From the NCBI GenBank assembly GCA_030390025.1, contig CM059425.1, forward strand, positions 175,896,001 through 175,960,000: a DNA stretch of 64,000 nt, in the 5' to 3' direction. How positions within the stretch are numbered: the stretch's first letter is position 1; every line of letters begins with the position of its first letter. Both the position numbers and the translations under genes were made by a program. This stretch comes from Squalus acanthias (Eukaryota). A model generated the notes under the pieces. That model made no database searches. It saw nothing but the letters and a program-made list of their open reading frames with translations, and was not told the origin of the DNA. Below, in pieces: positions 12,994-26,336 of the stretch.

Positions 12994-14372
12994 TGAGTGT
13001 CTCCGCTTCCACCACTTCTGTCTGCAGCGAGTTCCAGGTCATCACCACTCGCTGCGTAAAAAAGTTTTTCCTCACGTTCCCCCTGTATCTCATGCCCAAA
13101 ACCTTAAATCTGTATCCCCTAGTTCTTGTACCATCAACTAGTGGGAACAGCCTTTCCCTGTCTAGCCTATCCAAACCCATCATAATCTTGTACACCTCTA
13201 TCAAATCATTCCTCAACCTCCTTTGCTCTAATGAAAACAAATCCAGCTTCTCCAACCTATCCTTTTAGCTAAGATCCTCCATCCCCGGAACCATTCTGGT
13301 AAATCACCTCTGCACCCTCTCAAGGGCCTTCACATCCTTCCTAAGTGTGGTGACCTAAACTGGACCCAATACTCCATTTGTGGCCTAACCAGTGCCACAA
13401 CTAGAGTATTGTACTCAATACCTCTATTATTGAAGCCCAAGATCCCATATGCTTTGTTAACCACTCTCTCAATATGTCCTGCCACCTTCAGGGACGTATG
13501 CACATTAACTCCCAGGTCCCCCTGTCCCTGCACACTCTTTAAAACTGTGCCATTAAGTGTATATTGCCTCTCCCTGTTCCTTCTGGCAAAATGCATCACC
13601 TCACACTTCTCCGTATTAAATTCCATCTGTCACTTGTCTGCCCATTCCGCTAGCCTTTCTATGTCCTGTTGCAGTCGATTGATATCATCATCACTGTTTG
13701 TGTATATTGAGCCTCAATTTTGTTAACCAGGCTTCTATATGGTACTTTGTCAAACGCCTTCCGAAAATCCATGTAGACAACATCCATTGCATTCCCTTCA
13801 TCAATCCTCACTGTTACTTCATCAAAAAATTCAATTAGATTAGTCAAACACAATCTGCCTTTTACAAATCCATGTTGGCTCTCCTTAATTAGCTTAAACC
13901 TTTCCAAGTGCACGTTAATTTTTTTCTTGATTATTGTTTCTAAAACTTTACCCACCACTGATGTTAAACTGACCGGCCTGTAGTTACTAAGATTGTCCTT
14001 ACACCCTTTCTTGAACAATGGTGTTACATTTGCCATTTTCCAACTCTCAGGCACCTCCCCCGCATCTAGGGAAGATTGGAAAATTATGTCGAGCCCTTCC
14101 GCTATCTCCTCTCCCAATTCCCTTAGCAACCTGGGATGCAAGCTATCTGGACCAGGCGACTTGTCCACTCTAAGCATACCCAACCTTTCTAGTACATCCT
14201 GTCTATCAATTTTCACCCCTTCCATTGCTTCTACCTTTTCCACTTCTACCGATATTTTGTCAGCATCCACCTCCTTAGTAAACACTGATACCAAGTACTC
14301 ATTGAGTATTCTAGCCTTGCCCTGTGCCTCTAAGCATATATCACCTTCTTTGTCCCTAATAGGCCCCATAGT

Positions 14373-15383
14373 TTTTTTAAAATTCGTTTATGGGATCTGA
14401 GCGTCCCTGGCAATGCCAGCATTTATTGCCCATCCCTAGTTGCCCTTGAGAAGGTGGTGGTGAGCTGCCTTCTTGAACCGCTGCAGTCCGTGTGGTGATG
14501 GTACTCCCACAGTGCTGTTTTGACCCAGCGACGATGAAGGATCGGCGATATACTTCTAAGTCAGGAGGGGAACTTGGAGGTGGTGGTGTTCCCATGCGCC
14601 TGCTGCCCTTGTCCTTCTAGGTGGAAGAGGTCGCGGGTTTGGGAGGTGCTGCCGAAGAAGCCTTGGCGAGTTGCTGCTGTGCATCTTGTAGATGGTACAC
14701 ACTGCAGCCACGGTATGCCAGTGGTGGAGGGAGTGAATGTTTAAGGTGGTGGATGGGGTGCCAATCAAACGGGCTGCTTTGTCCTGGATGGTGTCGAGCT
14801 TCTTGAGTGTTGTTGGAGCTGCACTCATCCAGGCAAGTGGAGAGTATTCCATCACACTCCTGACTTGTGCCTTGTAGATGGTGGAAAGTCTTTGGGGAGT
14901 CAGGAGGTGAGACACTAGCCGCAGAATACCTAGCCTCTGACCTGCTCTTGTTGCCAAAGTATTTATGTGGCTGGTCCAGTTAAGTTTCTGGTTAATGGTA
15001 ACCCCCCAGGATGTTGATAGTGGGGGATTTGGCGATGGCAATGTCATTGAATGTCAAGGGACGTGGTTAGAATCTCGCTTGTTGGAGATAGTCATTGCCT
15101 GGCACTTCTGTGGTGCAAATGTTACCTGCCACTTATCAGCCCAAGCCTAACCGTCGTCCAGGTCTTGTTGCATGCGAGCATGGACTGCTTCATTATCTGA
15201 GGAGTTGTGAATGGCACTGAACACTGTGCAGTCATCAGCAAACATCCCCATTTCTGACCTTATGTTGGAGGGAAGGTCATTGATGAAGCAGCTGAAGATG
15301 GTTGGGCCTAGGACACTGCCCTGAGGAACTCCTGCAGCGATGTCCTGGAGCTGTGATGATTGACCTTCAACCACCACAGTCCA
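14373..15383 (-). mobile_element. 5'-truncated non-LTR retrotransposon of a second family (A-rich tail, clade not assigned)
   Basis: RT motifs GVPQGSVLGP and MFADD, with C-terminus YKAQVRSVMEYS. The same family occurs at 37872-39878 and 61444-62257. Confidence 0.8.
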
Positions 15384-15998
15384 CATAAAAAATTGCTTGC
15401 CAAGTCTTTTTCATTTGTTTACATGACACAATGATGTAAGAAATACGTCACAGCATAACCTGGATTGGCAGCATTGTGAGGTGCATAATACATGGCTTTC
15501 TGACTCTTCTCCCTCCTAAACAGAAAATGTTTGCCAAACACTTTCTCATTAAGTCATTAGTTCTTTAATAACCAACATTTATTGTGGCAAACCATTGTTA
15601 ATCAGCCTGAAAATGGGCCCTATTATCTATTCTGAGACTGGCCTGAGACCGGAAGTAGCAGACCTGGTGGGAGCACAGCGAGAGCGGAGCAGATAAAAGG
15701 AGCAGTCCCGAGAGGCAGGAGCCGGAGATGAGCAGATAAAAGGAGCAGTCCCGAGCGGCAGGAGCCGGAGATCGGAAGGAGCGGACCTGGTGGGAACACA
15801 GCGAGAGCGGAGCAGATAGAAGGAGCAGTCCTGAGCGGCAGCAACTCAACTGAGGCAGTTTTGGAAAAAGTGACCTCAGAGTAAACAAAGTGACTTGGGC
15901 ACAAGGGAATGAGCTGATTGGTGAGTAGCTGAGGAGTGTTTTTTTTAAGTTTTAAGTTTATTTCTGCTGGGTTAGTTCTTAGTCTATTAACTCGAGGT

Positions 15999-16934
15999 AT
16001 GGCAGGGCAGCTCAGTCCCATGGAGTGCACATCCTGTGCCATGTGAGAAGTCCTGGACGCTTCACGTAGCCTGGACGACCACATGTGCGGGAAGTGTCGC
16101 CAGCTACAGCAACTTGAGCTCCGGGTTTCAGAGCTTGAGCGGCGGCTGGAGTCACTGCGGTGCATCCGCGAGGCTGAGAGTTACGTGGATAGCACGTTTC
16201 TAGAGGTGGTCACCCCGCAGCTTAAGAGTATGCAGGCAGAGAGGGAATGGGTGACCGTCAGACAGAAGAGGAGGACCAGGCAGGTAGTGCAGGAGTCCCC
16301 GGAGTGCATTGAGCTCTCCAACCAGTATTCTGTTCTGAGTACTGGTGAGGGCAATGGTTCCTCTGGCGAGTGCAGCCAGAGTCAAGTCCACGGCACCACG
16401 GGTGGCTCAGCTGCACGGCGGGGGGGGAGGAAAAAGAGTGGAAGAGCTTTAGTGGTAGGGGATTCGATAGTTAGGGGAGCAGACAAGCGTTTCTGCGGCC
16501 ATAGACGTGATTTCAAGATGATATGTTGCCTCCCTGGTGCCAGGGACAAGGATGTCACTGAGCGGCTGCAGGACACTCTGAGGGAGGGTGAACAGCCAGA
16601 GGTCGTTGTCCATATCGGTACCAACGACATAAGCAGAAAGAGGGATGAGGTCCTGCAGGCAAAGTTTAGGAGAGAGATTAAAAAGCAGGACCTCAATGGT
16701 AGTAATCTCCGATTACTCCTGGTGCCACGTGCTAGTGAGTACAGGAATAGCAGGATAGAACAGATGAATGTGTGGCTGGAGAGATGGTGCAGGAGGGAGG
16801 GCTTTAGATTCCTGAGGTATTGGGACTGTTTCTGGGAAGGTGGGAGCTGTACAAGCCGGACGAGTTACACCTCAACAGAGCCGGGACCAATATTCTCATG
16901 GGGAGGTTTGCTAGTGCTGTTGGGGAGGGTTTAA
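15999..16934 (+). pseudogene. CR1 ORF1 (zinc finger, coiled coil, SGNH esterase-like), disrupted
   Basis: CxxC...CGKC, leucine zipper, VVGDSIVRG, HIGTNDI. Early TGA near 16044 and later frameshifts. Confidence 0.85.
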
Positions 16935-16989
16935 ACTAGCTTGGCAGGGGGATGGGCACCAGCATATAGGAGTAGAAAAGAGGAATAAG

Positions 16990-18016
16990 GTGCATAAAAG
17001 AGTGAGTGTGTTGGATAGTACTAGAGGCAGTAGTAGTACCATATTAGATAGGAGCAGACTTAGAAAGACTACGAAAAATTCAAAAATGTGTTTAGAATGC
17101 ATGTACGTAAACGCAGAAAGTGTGGTGAATAAGGTTGGTGAGCTACAAGCACAATTAGCCGTGTGGCAATATGGTGTTGTGACAATAACGGAATCGTGGC
17201 TTAAAAACGGTGAGGACTGGGCACTTAATATTCAAGGGTACAAAGTGTTCAGAAAAGATAAGGAAGGAAAAAAGGGAGGTGGGGTGGCAGTGCTGATTAA
17301 GGAAGACATCGTAGTGTTGGAAAGGGAGGATGTTCTTGAGGGGACAAGGACAGAATCCATTTGGTTAGAGTTGAGGAGCAAAAAGGGTATGAGCACGCTA
17401 TTGGGGGTATTCTATCGGCCTCCAAATAGTGAGAGGGAGGTAGACGAGCAAATTTGCAGGGAAATTGCAGAGATATGCAAGAGCTATAGAGTGGTGATAT
17501 TGGGGGACTTTAATTACCCAAATATCGATTGGGATAATGTTAGGGTAAAGGGAAAGGAGGGGGAGGAATTTCTGAAATGTGTTCAGGAGAATTTCCTTGA
17601 CCAATATGTTCTTGGCCCAACTAGGAAGGAGGCATTGCTGGATCTGGTGCTGGGGAATGATGTGGGCCAGGTTGACCAAGTGTCTGTGGGAGAACACTTG
17701 GGTATGAGTGATCATCGTATCATAAGATTTAGATTAGCAATGGAGAGGAGCAAGGAACAATCTAGAGTGGAACTTCTAAACTGGAATAGGGCTTACTTCA
17801 ATGGAATGCGAAAGAATCTAGCCAGGGTAAAATGGAACCAAAGACTGACAGGAAAAACTGTAATGGAACAATGGGTGATCTTTAAGGAGGAGATGTTCCA
17901 AGTACAGGCTAGGTACATTCCAACAAGAGGGAAGGGTAAGGGAACCAAAGGAAGGGCTCCTTGGATGACAAGGGAGATAGAGAAGATGATGAAACAAAAA
18001 AAGAGGGTGTATGATG
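16990..18016 (+). pseudogene. CR1 ORF2 endonuclease part, cut by the provirus insertion
   Basis: APE motifs ITESWL, GVFYRPP, GDFNYPNIDW, LDLVL and SDH. Confidence 0.9.
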
Positions 18017-19627
18017 TGTAAGGAGGCGTGTCTCAGACGGTGCTGGTGCGAGGTTAGGCCTTCGTTGCCTATACTATTGCTTGCTCTGGTCTCCGGCCAG
18101 CCTTTTTGCAATAAGCACCTGTGAGTGGTTCGACCCACTCGCCCTTACGGTTCTGACACCTGGACTTAGATGCAAGGAGCAGTAATGCAGAGAAAACTCA
18201 AATAGACCCGGTTGAATAGCACGAAATGAATATCTTTATTGCATGGCGTCTAAAATCATGAAATACATGTCATAGGCGCAAATCAAAGAGAGTACAAGTA
18301 TACACACGTTCATAAAGCTTGGTCTATGGAAATGGAGAACACACGGCACATCGTAAAAAGGGGAACACATTATACCTTAACCTTATAAAAACCACCCTCC
18401 CTTAACAATACCTAAACTACGTCTGGATTTGTAGGATCGGAAAACATGCTCACCACTCGGTTTACTTTGGAGATTTTAAAATGAGGCACTCAGCTCATTT
18501 CGCTGCAGCGCCTGACTGTCACGTGTTTGGAAGGGTTTCTGCACCCCACTTGTTTACTTTCGCTGCCGCGAAAGGCAAGCCAGACTCCCTGATGTCATGA
18601 AGCAGTTGATGGACTCAAACCGTCTTAGAATTCAAAGAAGGATCTTCCTGTGTTACGGTACATGTAGAAGTCGGTAGAACTCAAAGGAAAGTTCTGTCGT
18701 TATATTTTCGGGCGCGGTCGGGGTTTACTGACCGTGGCGACACGTGGAATTTCTTCTCGTCTTTCTTCTCGTCTTTCTTCTCGTCACTCGGGCCTCTGGG
18801 TCCAGACACCGTTTACCGACACTGGGGATGGTGTACCCTGTTACTTGCCCTTGTCGAGGCGGCTCGTTCCGATTGAGCTCCACCCAACACTCGAATAACC
18901 GACCAGTACGGCTAAGAGTCAAGAGTCAAGAGAGTCCAGAGAAATCAAGCGACCAAAAGTCCAGCCCCAAGGAAAAAAAAGAGCGATGGACATTTGTCCT
19001 CTATAGTTATACTGTTGTGTCCGCTTTATCTCCCGCTCAAATCTAAATGTTTATCCTTTGTGTGATATTGGCGCTCAAAACTCCCAGCATGGGGCGATTA
19101 TCTTCTTAACGGGTTTCGGTAGCACCTGAAACTGGCCAACTATCCGTTAATGTCTTCCCCATTGTTGAGCCAGCCAGGATGTGTATGAATCGTCTCCTCG
19201 ACTGGTTTTGGGGCCCCCCCGAATACTGGCTTAATCACCCGCCAATGTCTCTCTCATTGTTGAGCCGGGGGGGTATTTGTGTATTGATGTGTCTGGATGG
19301 GCCTTCGATTGCCCAGTTCAATGATCCTTACTGTGCATAGGAAACGATTCCAGCACTTATATCATTGCTATTGTTCAAAATGCAAACGGGTTGCATCCTG
19401 TCTTTATCAATGTGTACCGAGTACGATCCAATCTCATACTGAATGTATATTCAACGCCATCTTGTCTGCCCACTGTGTTTCTGGAAGCTTCTGCCACGAT
19501 GTGCGGTGGCCATTTTACAGGCTTCTGTGTCCTTTATTATCAGGACAGCATTTCGTTTAATAAAAATGATCAATTGAATCTGCTTCTCTCACGTTATTTT
19601 GAATCGCGATAATTGCGAAAATCTACA
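18017..19627 (-). repeat. 3' LTR of provirus 1 (1611 bp)
   Basis: Direct repeat of 32473-34081, differing by roughly 17 substitutions and 2 homopolymer indels by eye (~99% identical). Confidence 0.95.
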
Positions 19628-19640
19628 GTCCCTCCTGTTG
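19628..19640 (-). promoter_or_regulatory. Polypurine tract of provirus 1
   Basis: CAACAGGAGGGAC lies immediately before the 3' LTR and is identical in provirus 2. Confidence 0.75.
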
Positions 19641-20524
19641 ATGCGAATAACTCCGCTTATCGTATCAATTAAATGCTGGTGAGCAAATTATCCCGATTCT
19701 CCACATCCAAACACTCCCGGTAATTAAACTATCTATGGCCTCCATGCAGTCCTCATTTCCCAGAGAAAGCACATTGTCTAACTTGGACAAATCGTAGGCA
19801 GCATTGCCTTTAAACTTACACTGCGTATACGCCTTCCAGGTGCAAAAGGCCGATGCCTCTCGCACCACCTGTATATGCATGTTTTATTACAAAAGGAAAA
19901 AATAATTAAACCAAACTGTTTAAAAAAATACAAAAGTTCCAAAAATTAGTCACAAATACTCATAACTAACAACAATTACAAAAAACACACACGGTAAAAT
20001 GGAGGGGCGTCATCCTGGCCATTTACGCGGTACTTTCCTCGTTCACGCGCACGTAACGTTCTCTCCACTCCCCTGTGTTCTCCTGCCTCGTGAGGCGTTT
20101 GCCTCTTTTGCAGTGCACAAACAACAGGTACACTACAATTACAATTTTACACACTACCAAAATGTGGGAGGCTATCCTGATCCATGACGGGACTTCAATA
20201 TTAGTGAACAGATCCCACCACGGTGGGGTTACTATGTCCAATATCTCTGCCCCTATCTCTACAGTCTTTTGTTCCAGGGTGTAAAAATGTTTCTGTGATA
20301 CCATGACGGCTTTTAAAATCTTGGTGAGGTGTTCAGGGAGAGGGGGAATGATGTACCCAAATGCGCGACGAATCGCTGCAAGTCTGTGAAATTCTCTTTT
20401 ACAGTGAGGTGAACAGTGGATGGTTCAGGGATCGGGACAATTCGCTGTTGTGCCACTTGAACTTCAGCCCTGGGTTTAAAACAGAAACTGCTGTCACTCA
20501 CCGGACACCGGCTGTGCTGTCCAT

Positions 20525-23317
20525 AAGAACATAAGAACATAAGAACTAGGAGCAGGAGTAGGCCAATCGGCCCCTCGAGCCTGCTCCGCCATTCAATAAG
20601 ATCATGGCTGATCTGATCCTAACCGCCAATCTACTATCTATCACAGAACCATCTCCTGCATCTAACAGAATTGCACACACGAAATAGGAGCAGAATCAGG
20701 CTACACGGTCCCTGGGCCCGCTCCACTACCCACAGGGCCATGACCGATCCGAACCTAGACTCATGTCCAAATTCCTGCCCGCTCCCCGTAACCCTTAATG
20801 CCCTTTACTTCTAGGAAACTGTCTATTTCTGTTTTAAATTTATTTAATGATGTAGCTTCTACAGCTTTTTGTGGCAGCATATTCCATGGACCTACCACCC
20901 TCTGAGTGAAGTAGTTCCTCCTCATCTCAGTTTTGAAAGAGCAGCCCCTTATTCTAAGACTATGTCCCCTAGTTCTAGTCTCACCCGTCATCGGGAACAT
21001 CCTCCCCGCATCCACCCGATCCAACCCCTTCACAATCTTATATGTTTCAATAAGATCGCCTCTCATTCTTCTGAACTCCAATGAGTAGAGTCCCAATCTA
21101 CCCAACCTCTCCTCATATGACCACCCCCTCATCCCCGGGATTAACCGAGTGAACCTTTTTTGCACTGCCTCGAGAGCAAGGATGTCTTTCCTTAAGCAAG
21201 GACACCAAAACTGTATGCAGTATTCCAGGTGCGGTCTCACCAATACCTTGTACAACTGAAGCAATACCTCCCTATTTTTATATTCTATCCCCCTAGCAAT
21301 GAAAGCCAACATTCCATTTGCCTTCTTAATCACTTGCTGCACCTGCATACTAACCTTTTGAGTTTCGTGCACCAGTACCCCCAGATCCCTTTGCACTTCA
21401 GTACTCTCCAGTTTCTTGCCATTAAGATAATAAATTGCTCTAGGATTTTTCCTGCCAAAGTGCATCACCTCACACTTTCCAGTGTTGTATTCCATCTGCC
21501 AAATCTCTGCCCACTTACTTAGCCTGTCTATGTCCCCTTGCAGGTTTTTTATGTCCTCCTCACTCACTACTTTCCCTCCCATCTTTGTATCATCTGCAAA
21601 TTTTGATATGTTACACTTGGTCCCTTCCTCCAAATCGTTAATATAGATTGTAAAGAGTTGGGGACCCAGCACTGACCCCTGTGGAACACCACTAGTTACT
21701 GATTGCCAGTCTGAGAATGAACCATTTATCCCAACTCTTTGCTTTCTGTTAGATAGCCAATCCTCTATCCATGCCAGAATATTACCCCCAATCCCGTGAT
21801 TTTTTACCTTAAGCAATAATCTTTTGTGTGGCACCTTGTCAAATGCCTTTTGGAAGTCTAAATACACTACGTCCACTGGTTCCCCTTTATCCACTCTATA
21901 TGTTACTTCCTGAAAGAACTCCAGCAAATTTGTCAAACATGACTTCCCCTTCGTAAAACCATGCTGACTTTGTCCTATTAAATTATGATTATCCAAATGT
22001 CCTGTTACTGTTTCCTTAATAATGGACTCCAAAATTTTACCTACCACAGATGTTAGGCTAACCGGTCCATAGTTACCAGCCTTCTGTCTACTGCCCTTTT
22101 TAAATAAGGGTGTTACATTAGCAGTTTTCCAGTCTGCCGGGACCTTAGCGGAATCCAGGGAGTTTTGAAAAATTATTACCAATGCATCTACAATCCCTAC
22201 CGCCACTTCCTTCAAGACTCTAGGATGTAAGCCATCAGGTCCAGGTGATTTATCCGCCTTGAGTCCCATTATTTTACCGAGTACCACTTCCTTAGTGATT
22301 TTGATCGTGTTTAGCTCCTCTCCCCCTATAGCCCCCTGTTTGTCCAGTGTTGGGATATTCTTAGTGTCCTCTACTGTAAAGACTGATACAAAATATTCAT
22401 TCAGTGTTTTTGCCATCTCCATATTTCCCACCATTAATTTCCCGGTCTCATCCTCTAAGGGACCAACATTTACTTTAGCCACCCTTTTTCTTTTTATATA
22501 ACTATAAAAACTCTTACTATCTGTTTTTATATTTTTGCTAATTTACTTTCATAATCTATCTTCCCTTTCTTAATCAATCTTTTTGTTATTTTTTGCTGCC
22601 TTTTAAAGTTTTCCCAATCCTCTGTCCTCCCACTAGATTTCGCTACCTTATATGCCCTTGTTTTTAGTCGAATACTATCCTTAATTTCTTTACTTAGCCA
22701 CGGATGACTGTCCTTTCTTTTACACCCTTTTCTTTTCAGTGGAATATATATTTTTTGGAAGTTGTAAAATAACTCCTTGAATGTACACCACTGATCATGT
22801 GTCGATCAGGGCAACACGATGGCATAGTGGTTAGCACTGGTGCCTCACAGCGCCAGAGACCCGGGTTCGAATCTGACCTCGGGTGACTGTCTGTGTGGAG
22901 TTTGCACATTCTCCCCGTGTCTGCGTGGGTTTCCTCCGGGTGCTCCGGTTTCCTCCCACAGTCCAAAAATGTGTGGGTTAGGTTGATTTGGCTATGATAA
23001 ATTGACCCTTAGTGTTAGGGGTGATTAAATATGTGGGGTTATGGGGATAGGATGGGATATGTTAGGGGGAATTAAATACGTGGGGTTACGGGGGTAGGGT
23101 GGGATATGTGTACTGTGGGGATTAAAGCAGGGAGAGGGTACTGGATTTGGATGATCAGCCATGATCGTATTGAATGGCGGAGCAGGCTCGACGGGCCGAA
23201 TGGCCTACTCCTGCTCCTAGATTCTATGTTTCTATGTTTCTATGTCTTACCCTTTAATCTATTTTCCCAATCCGCTATACTCAATTCCGCTCGCATACCT
23301 TCATAGTCTCCTTTATT
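20525..23317 (-). mobile_element. Young 5'-truncated CR1 inserted into env of provirus 1
   Basis: Open RT ORF 20761..22482 (FADD, GVPQGSVLGP) and a (ttatgttc)n tail. The short duplication ATG at the env junction (QH/GQHSRC) may be a TSD. Confidence 0.9.
22809..23244 (+). mobile_element. tRNA-derived V-SINE (HE1-like) nested in the CR1
   Basis: A box TGGCATAGTGG, B box GGTTCGAAT, V-domain-like core (gtgtggagtttgcacattctccccgtgtctgcgtgggtttcctccggg), and a CR1-derived 3' tail (tttctatg)n. Confidence 0.85.
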
Positions 23318-25379
23318 CATGCTGGTAGTGTTGCGCTGCAGTGGTAACGCAATACGTTCCACCCTCTATGTATGCCACCTGTGGGGGCACATGATCTTGT
23401 GTCATTGCTTCCATGGTGCAATTCATGGGCTTCGCGCCAGCCGTTCTGAACCCGCATTGTGGTATTAAAAAGGCATTCAAGTGCTGGGGACACAGTATGA
23501 TGTGTGCTCCCCGGCCACGACAACCCGAGAGGTCGGTACCTGTCATCGTTTGCTCCCAGCGGATGATGTAAGGTGGGACCGCTGCGTAGCGAATGTGGGC
23601 TCCCTCCTGAATGACTCCAATGTTCTCCACCCGGTACACCGGGGTGGGCTTTGCTGTGTCACCCAACACCGGCATCCGTACTACTATCCCCATGATAGTG
23701 TGATTTGACCGTCCGCAGTCCACTGGGACTGGGTATGCCTCTGAGGCTAGCCTGAGCTGGCACGGGCTTAATGTGTTCTGAAAAGGGTGGAGCACCTGCA
23801 GGTGTTTGTTGCTTATCCAGGACGGGACCAAACCTTGTTTTATATCCTCCAAATTACTGCGGCCCTCGCCCAGTAACCACGCCCCATATAGTACGCACAC
23901 CTCGTTCTGCGCAGCTTGATCGGATGCGTTTCGATCTTCCCTGATCAGGGCATTTACCGTTCTCGCATGCTTCTCCAGCTCTGCTATAATCTCTTCTAAG
24001 TGTAGTGTCATGGCCTGGTCCTCATGTAACTCAGACCCTACTACCTTGTTCTCGTTTGTGAGGATGCTTTTTAACTGTGCTTTTAAACCGTTGATCTGGG
24101 TCTGCAGCTCCACATTGTCTAGAGCGTTGACCACAGATGTTCCCGTATTAAAAGCAGTGAACACATCGTTCACAACACCCCTTCTTTGTCTCCCCACCTG
24201 ACCCAAAACTTCGTGTGGTGTGGTGTATAAGCTTGTTTTGTCAACCTCTGCGAAATCAAACTCATAAAATTGCCTGAACATGTTTGTTAACAGGACCTGG
24301 TACAATTGTTCCGTTTCTTTGGGGCACCACTCTGGTAAATGCACCTCGGTGAGATTTAGAATCACCGAGGCCACCGCGTAATGTACCCCTTGATACAGTA
24401 TCTGATCTGTTGGCACCAGTACCAGACCATTCCCGGGCCCCTTAGTGGTTTTAGGGCACCCTTCCTCCTGAGCCAAAGCCACCGGAATCGTGGGCGGAGA
24501 CTTGCGTGGGCGCGTGATGAGTTCAGTGGCGTTTACCGGGATCGGGGAGAATGGAGCTCCGCACCCCCGAGTGCTGACGTCCCACCTCATCCCTTTCCCG
24601 GCATCCTGCCACTGTTGTAGGAAAAATATGGATATACCCTTGGGGCAAACGTACTTCGATCCCCACATACAAACATATATTCCCTCATCCGGTTCCCACC
24701 ATTTGTCCCAACAGACTTTCAATTGTCCGTTAGTCCCCGTAATTGTCCGATGGGTATTGTTACCCAATCGCTCCCACTCGACCGAGGAATTTCTCATAGT
24801 CTTGCTTAACTTCCGTAACCACCACCATCGGCTCAATGGGACCTTCCCATTGCACGTCAAACAAATCCTTTTGCCGACGGTGACGCTAATTCTGGGTGCA
24901 ACGATCCTCACCCTGGGACACAGTAAAGAAGTCTCTTTGTACGCAAACCCGGATGCGCTGGAGTATTCCGTTGAATTCGTTCCCAGCCATCCCGGCCACC
25001 TTCCCTTGTGGAAATAAGTGGCGGTTTCCTCAGTCTCTCGCTCCCCAGTCCCATCCGTCGCAATGGGGGCCGTATCCCCGGAGCAACCGAACACAACGAC
25101 ATCCTTGGTGAGGCCCCGATAGGCCAATCCATATCCGATCGTTGCGAGCACTATCAGAATCCTTTCCATATCTCCTGGTTCCTGTGATCAGATAAAATGA
25201 TGTAGCCAGCCTCCCAAGAGTCGGTGGCTTTTGTGAAGGGTGAGCGGGTCCCTTGACCTCGTCTAACATACAAGACATGTATACTGGATAGACCTTAACT
25301 GTTCCTATCACTAACTCCCATCATTTTACCATTTACTTATAAAATTAAACTACAATTTTAACCGGATATTAAAACACTA

Positions 25380-26272
25380 GAGGTAGAAATTAGGTCGCGC
25401 CCCATTTGGGGCGCAAATATCGTCCGGACGCAAATATTAGCGCCTGGCGCTAATTATCGGCACTGACAGGAAACTTCACTTTTACCGCCCCGGGAGGTGA
25501 GTGGAGCGCTAAAGCAGGCGCTGCACACCTCTCTTAAGGCGCAAAGGCCGAGCAGTGAGGCGCTAACTCGGAGCGCTGGCGAAGCTCATGTAATGTCAGT
25601 CAGCAATGGAACACACACACAATGGCACGGGCCAGTTCTTAAAGGGGATGGTTAATCTTGCTTTCCATCCACATCCTGTTCATTGCTGCCTTGAATCTCG
25701 GCCTGGAGAGACTTGCACATCAAATGTGCTGGAAAGAACAATGGAGAGTACCAGGCAAAGAGCTCAGAGTGCAGCTCCCACAGACTCTGCTAAATCGATA
25801 CAAGGAATGGCAAATCAAAATGAACCTGCAAAGTGCTGCTCAGTACCCAAAACTCCTTCGCACAACGTTGAATCTCTCCAGAAGTCTCTCCCTCTCGCTC
25901 TCAGAATGCGTAGTTCAAAAATGCCACCAACAATAAAAGACAGGAAGAGGCCCCCTTTAAATAGCACCCCCCCCAGCCCCACAGCGATTGATAGCGTTCC
26001 AGTCTTCTGGTCGTTGGAAGCGCCAGGCGGTAAGGCAGGGGGCGCCACTCAATTTCCGCTACGGGGCGCCACAAGGGCGTTGCACCATGGAATGACGTCA
26101 CAATCTGCGCGCGCAGGTGGTCGCAGCGGTAAGTTTTAGCGCCGCCGCACAATCTCAAGTTAAGTTCTCGAGCGGCGCAAACATCGTTGCGCCCGGGCGT
26201 TAGCGGCTTTGCGCCCCATTAGCACCCTCTTAAGGCGCTAACGGGAGGCGCAACCAAGTGAATTTTTACCCC
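25380..26272 (-). mobile_element. Non-autonomous Harbinger deletion derivative inserted between pol and env of provirus 1
   Basis: Both halves match the two ends of the Harbinger at 42604-59396 in reverse orientation, joined just after the Myb and transposase start regions. TIRs GAGGTAGAAATT / AATTTTTACCCC; the TSD is ambiguous. Confidence 0.85.
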
Positions 26273-26336
26273 TATAAACTTAAACTTATCCTCCTAAAAT
26301 AACTGTACAGCGCCGCCCGTTCCCAGGGCGGCCTAC

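Larger units (their letters stand above)
10604..14370 (-). mobile_element. 5'-truncated CR1 LINE interrupted by three MITEs and an internal deletion near 13700
   Basis: ORFs 13659..14369, 13330..13626 and 12884..13255 are CR1 RT pieces (NYRPVSLTS, DFRKAFDKV, RRLRNDLIEVYK). Same family as the CR1 at 15640-36017. Confidence 0.85.
20023..25169 (-). pseudogene. env: Envelope gene of provirus 1, interrupted by a CR1/SINE insertion and a frameshift near 20358
   Basis: Pieces 23313..25169, 20313..20521 and 20023..20304 together align over the whole length of the intact env at 54204..56555 (signal peptide, RQRR furin site, TM helix). Confidence 0.9.

Noticed and set aside
19665..19880. 71-aa ORF in the 3' UTR of provirus 1 as an accessory protein
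   Set aside because: The equivalent in provirus 2 (ATG at 56749) stops after 21 codons, so the similarity is better explained by RNA structure conservation.
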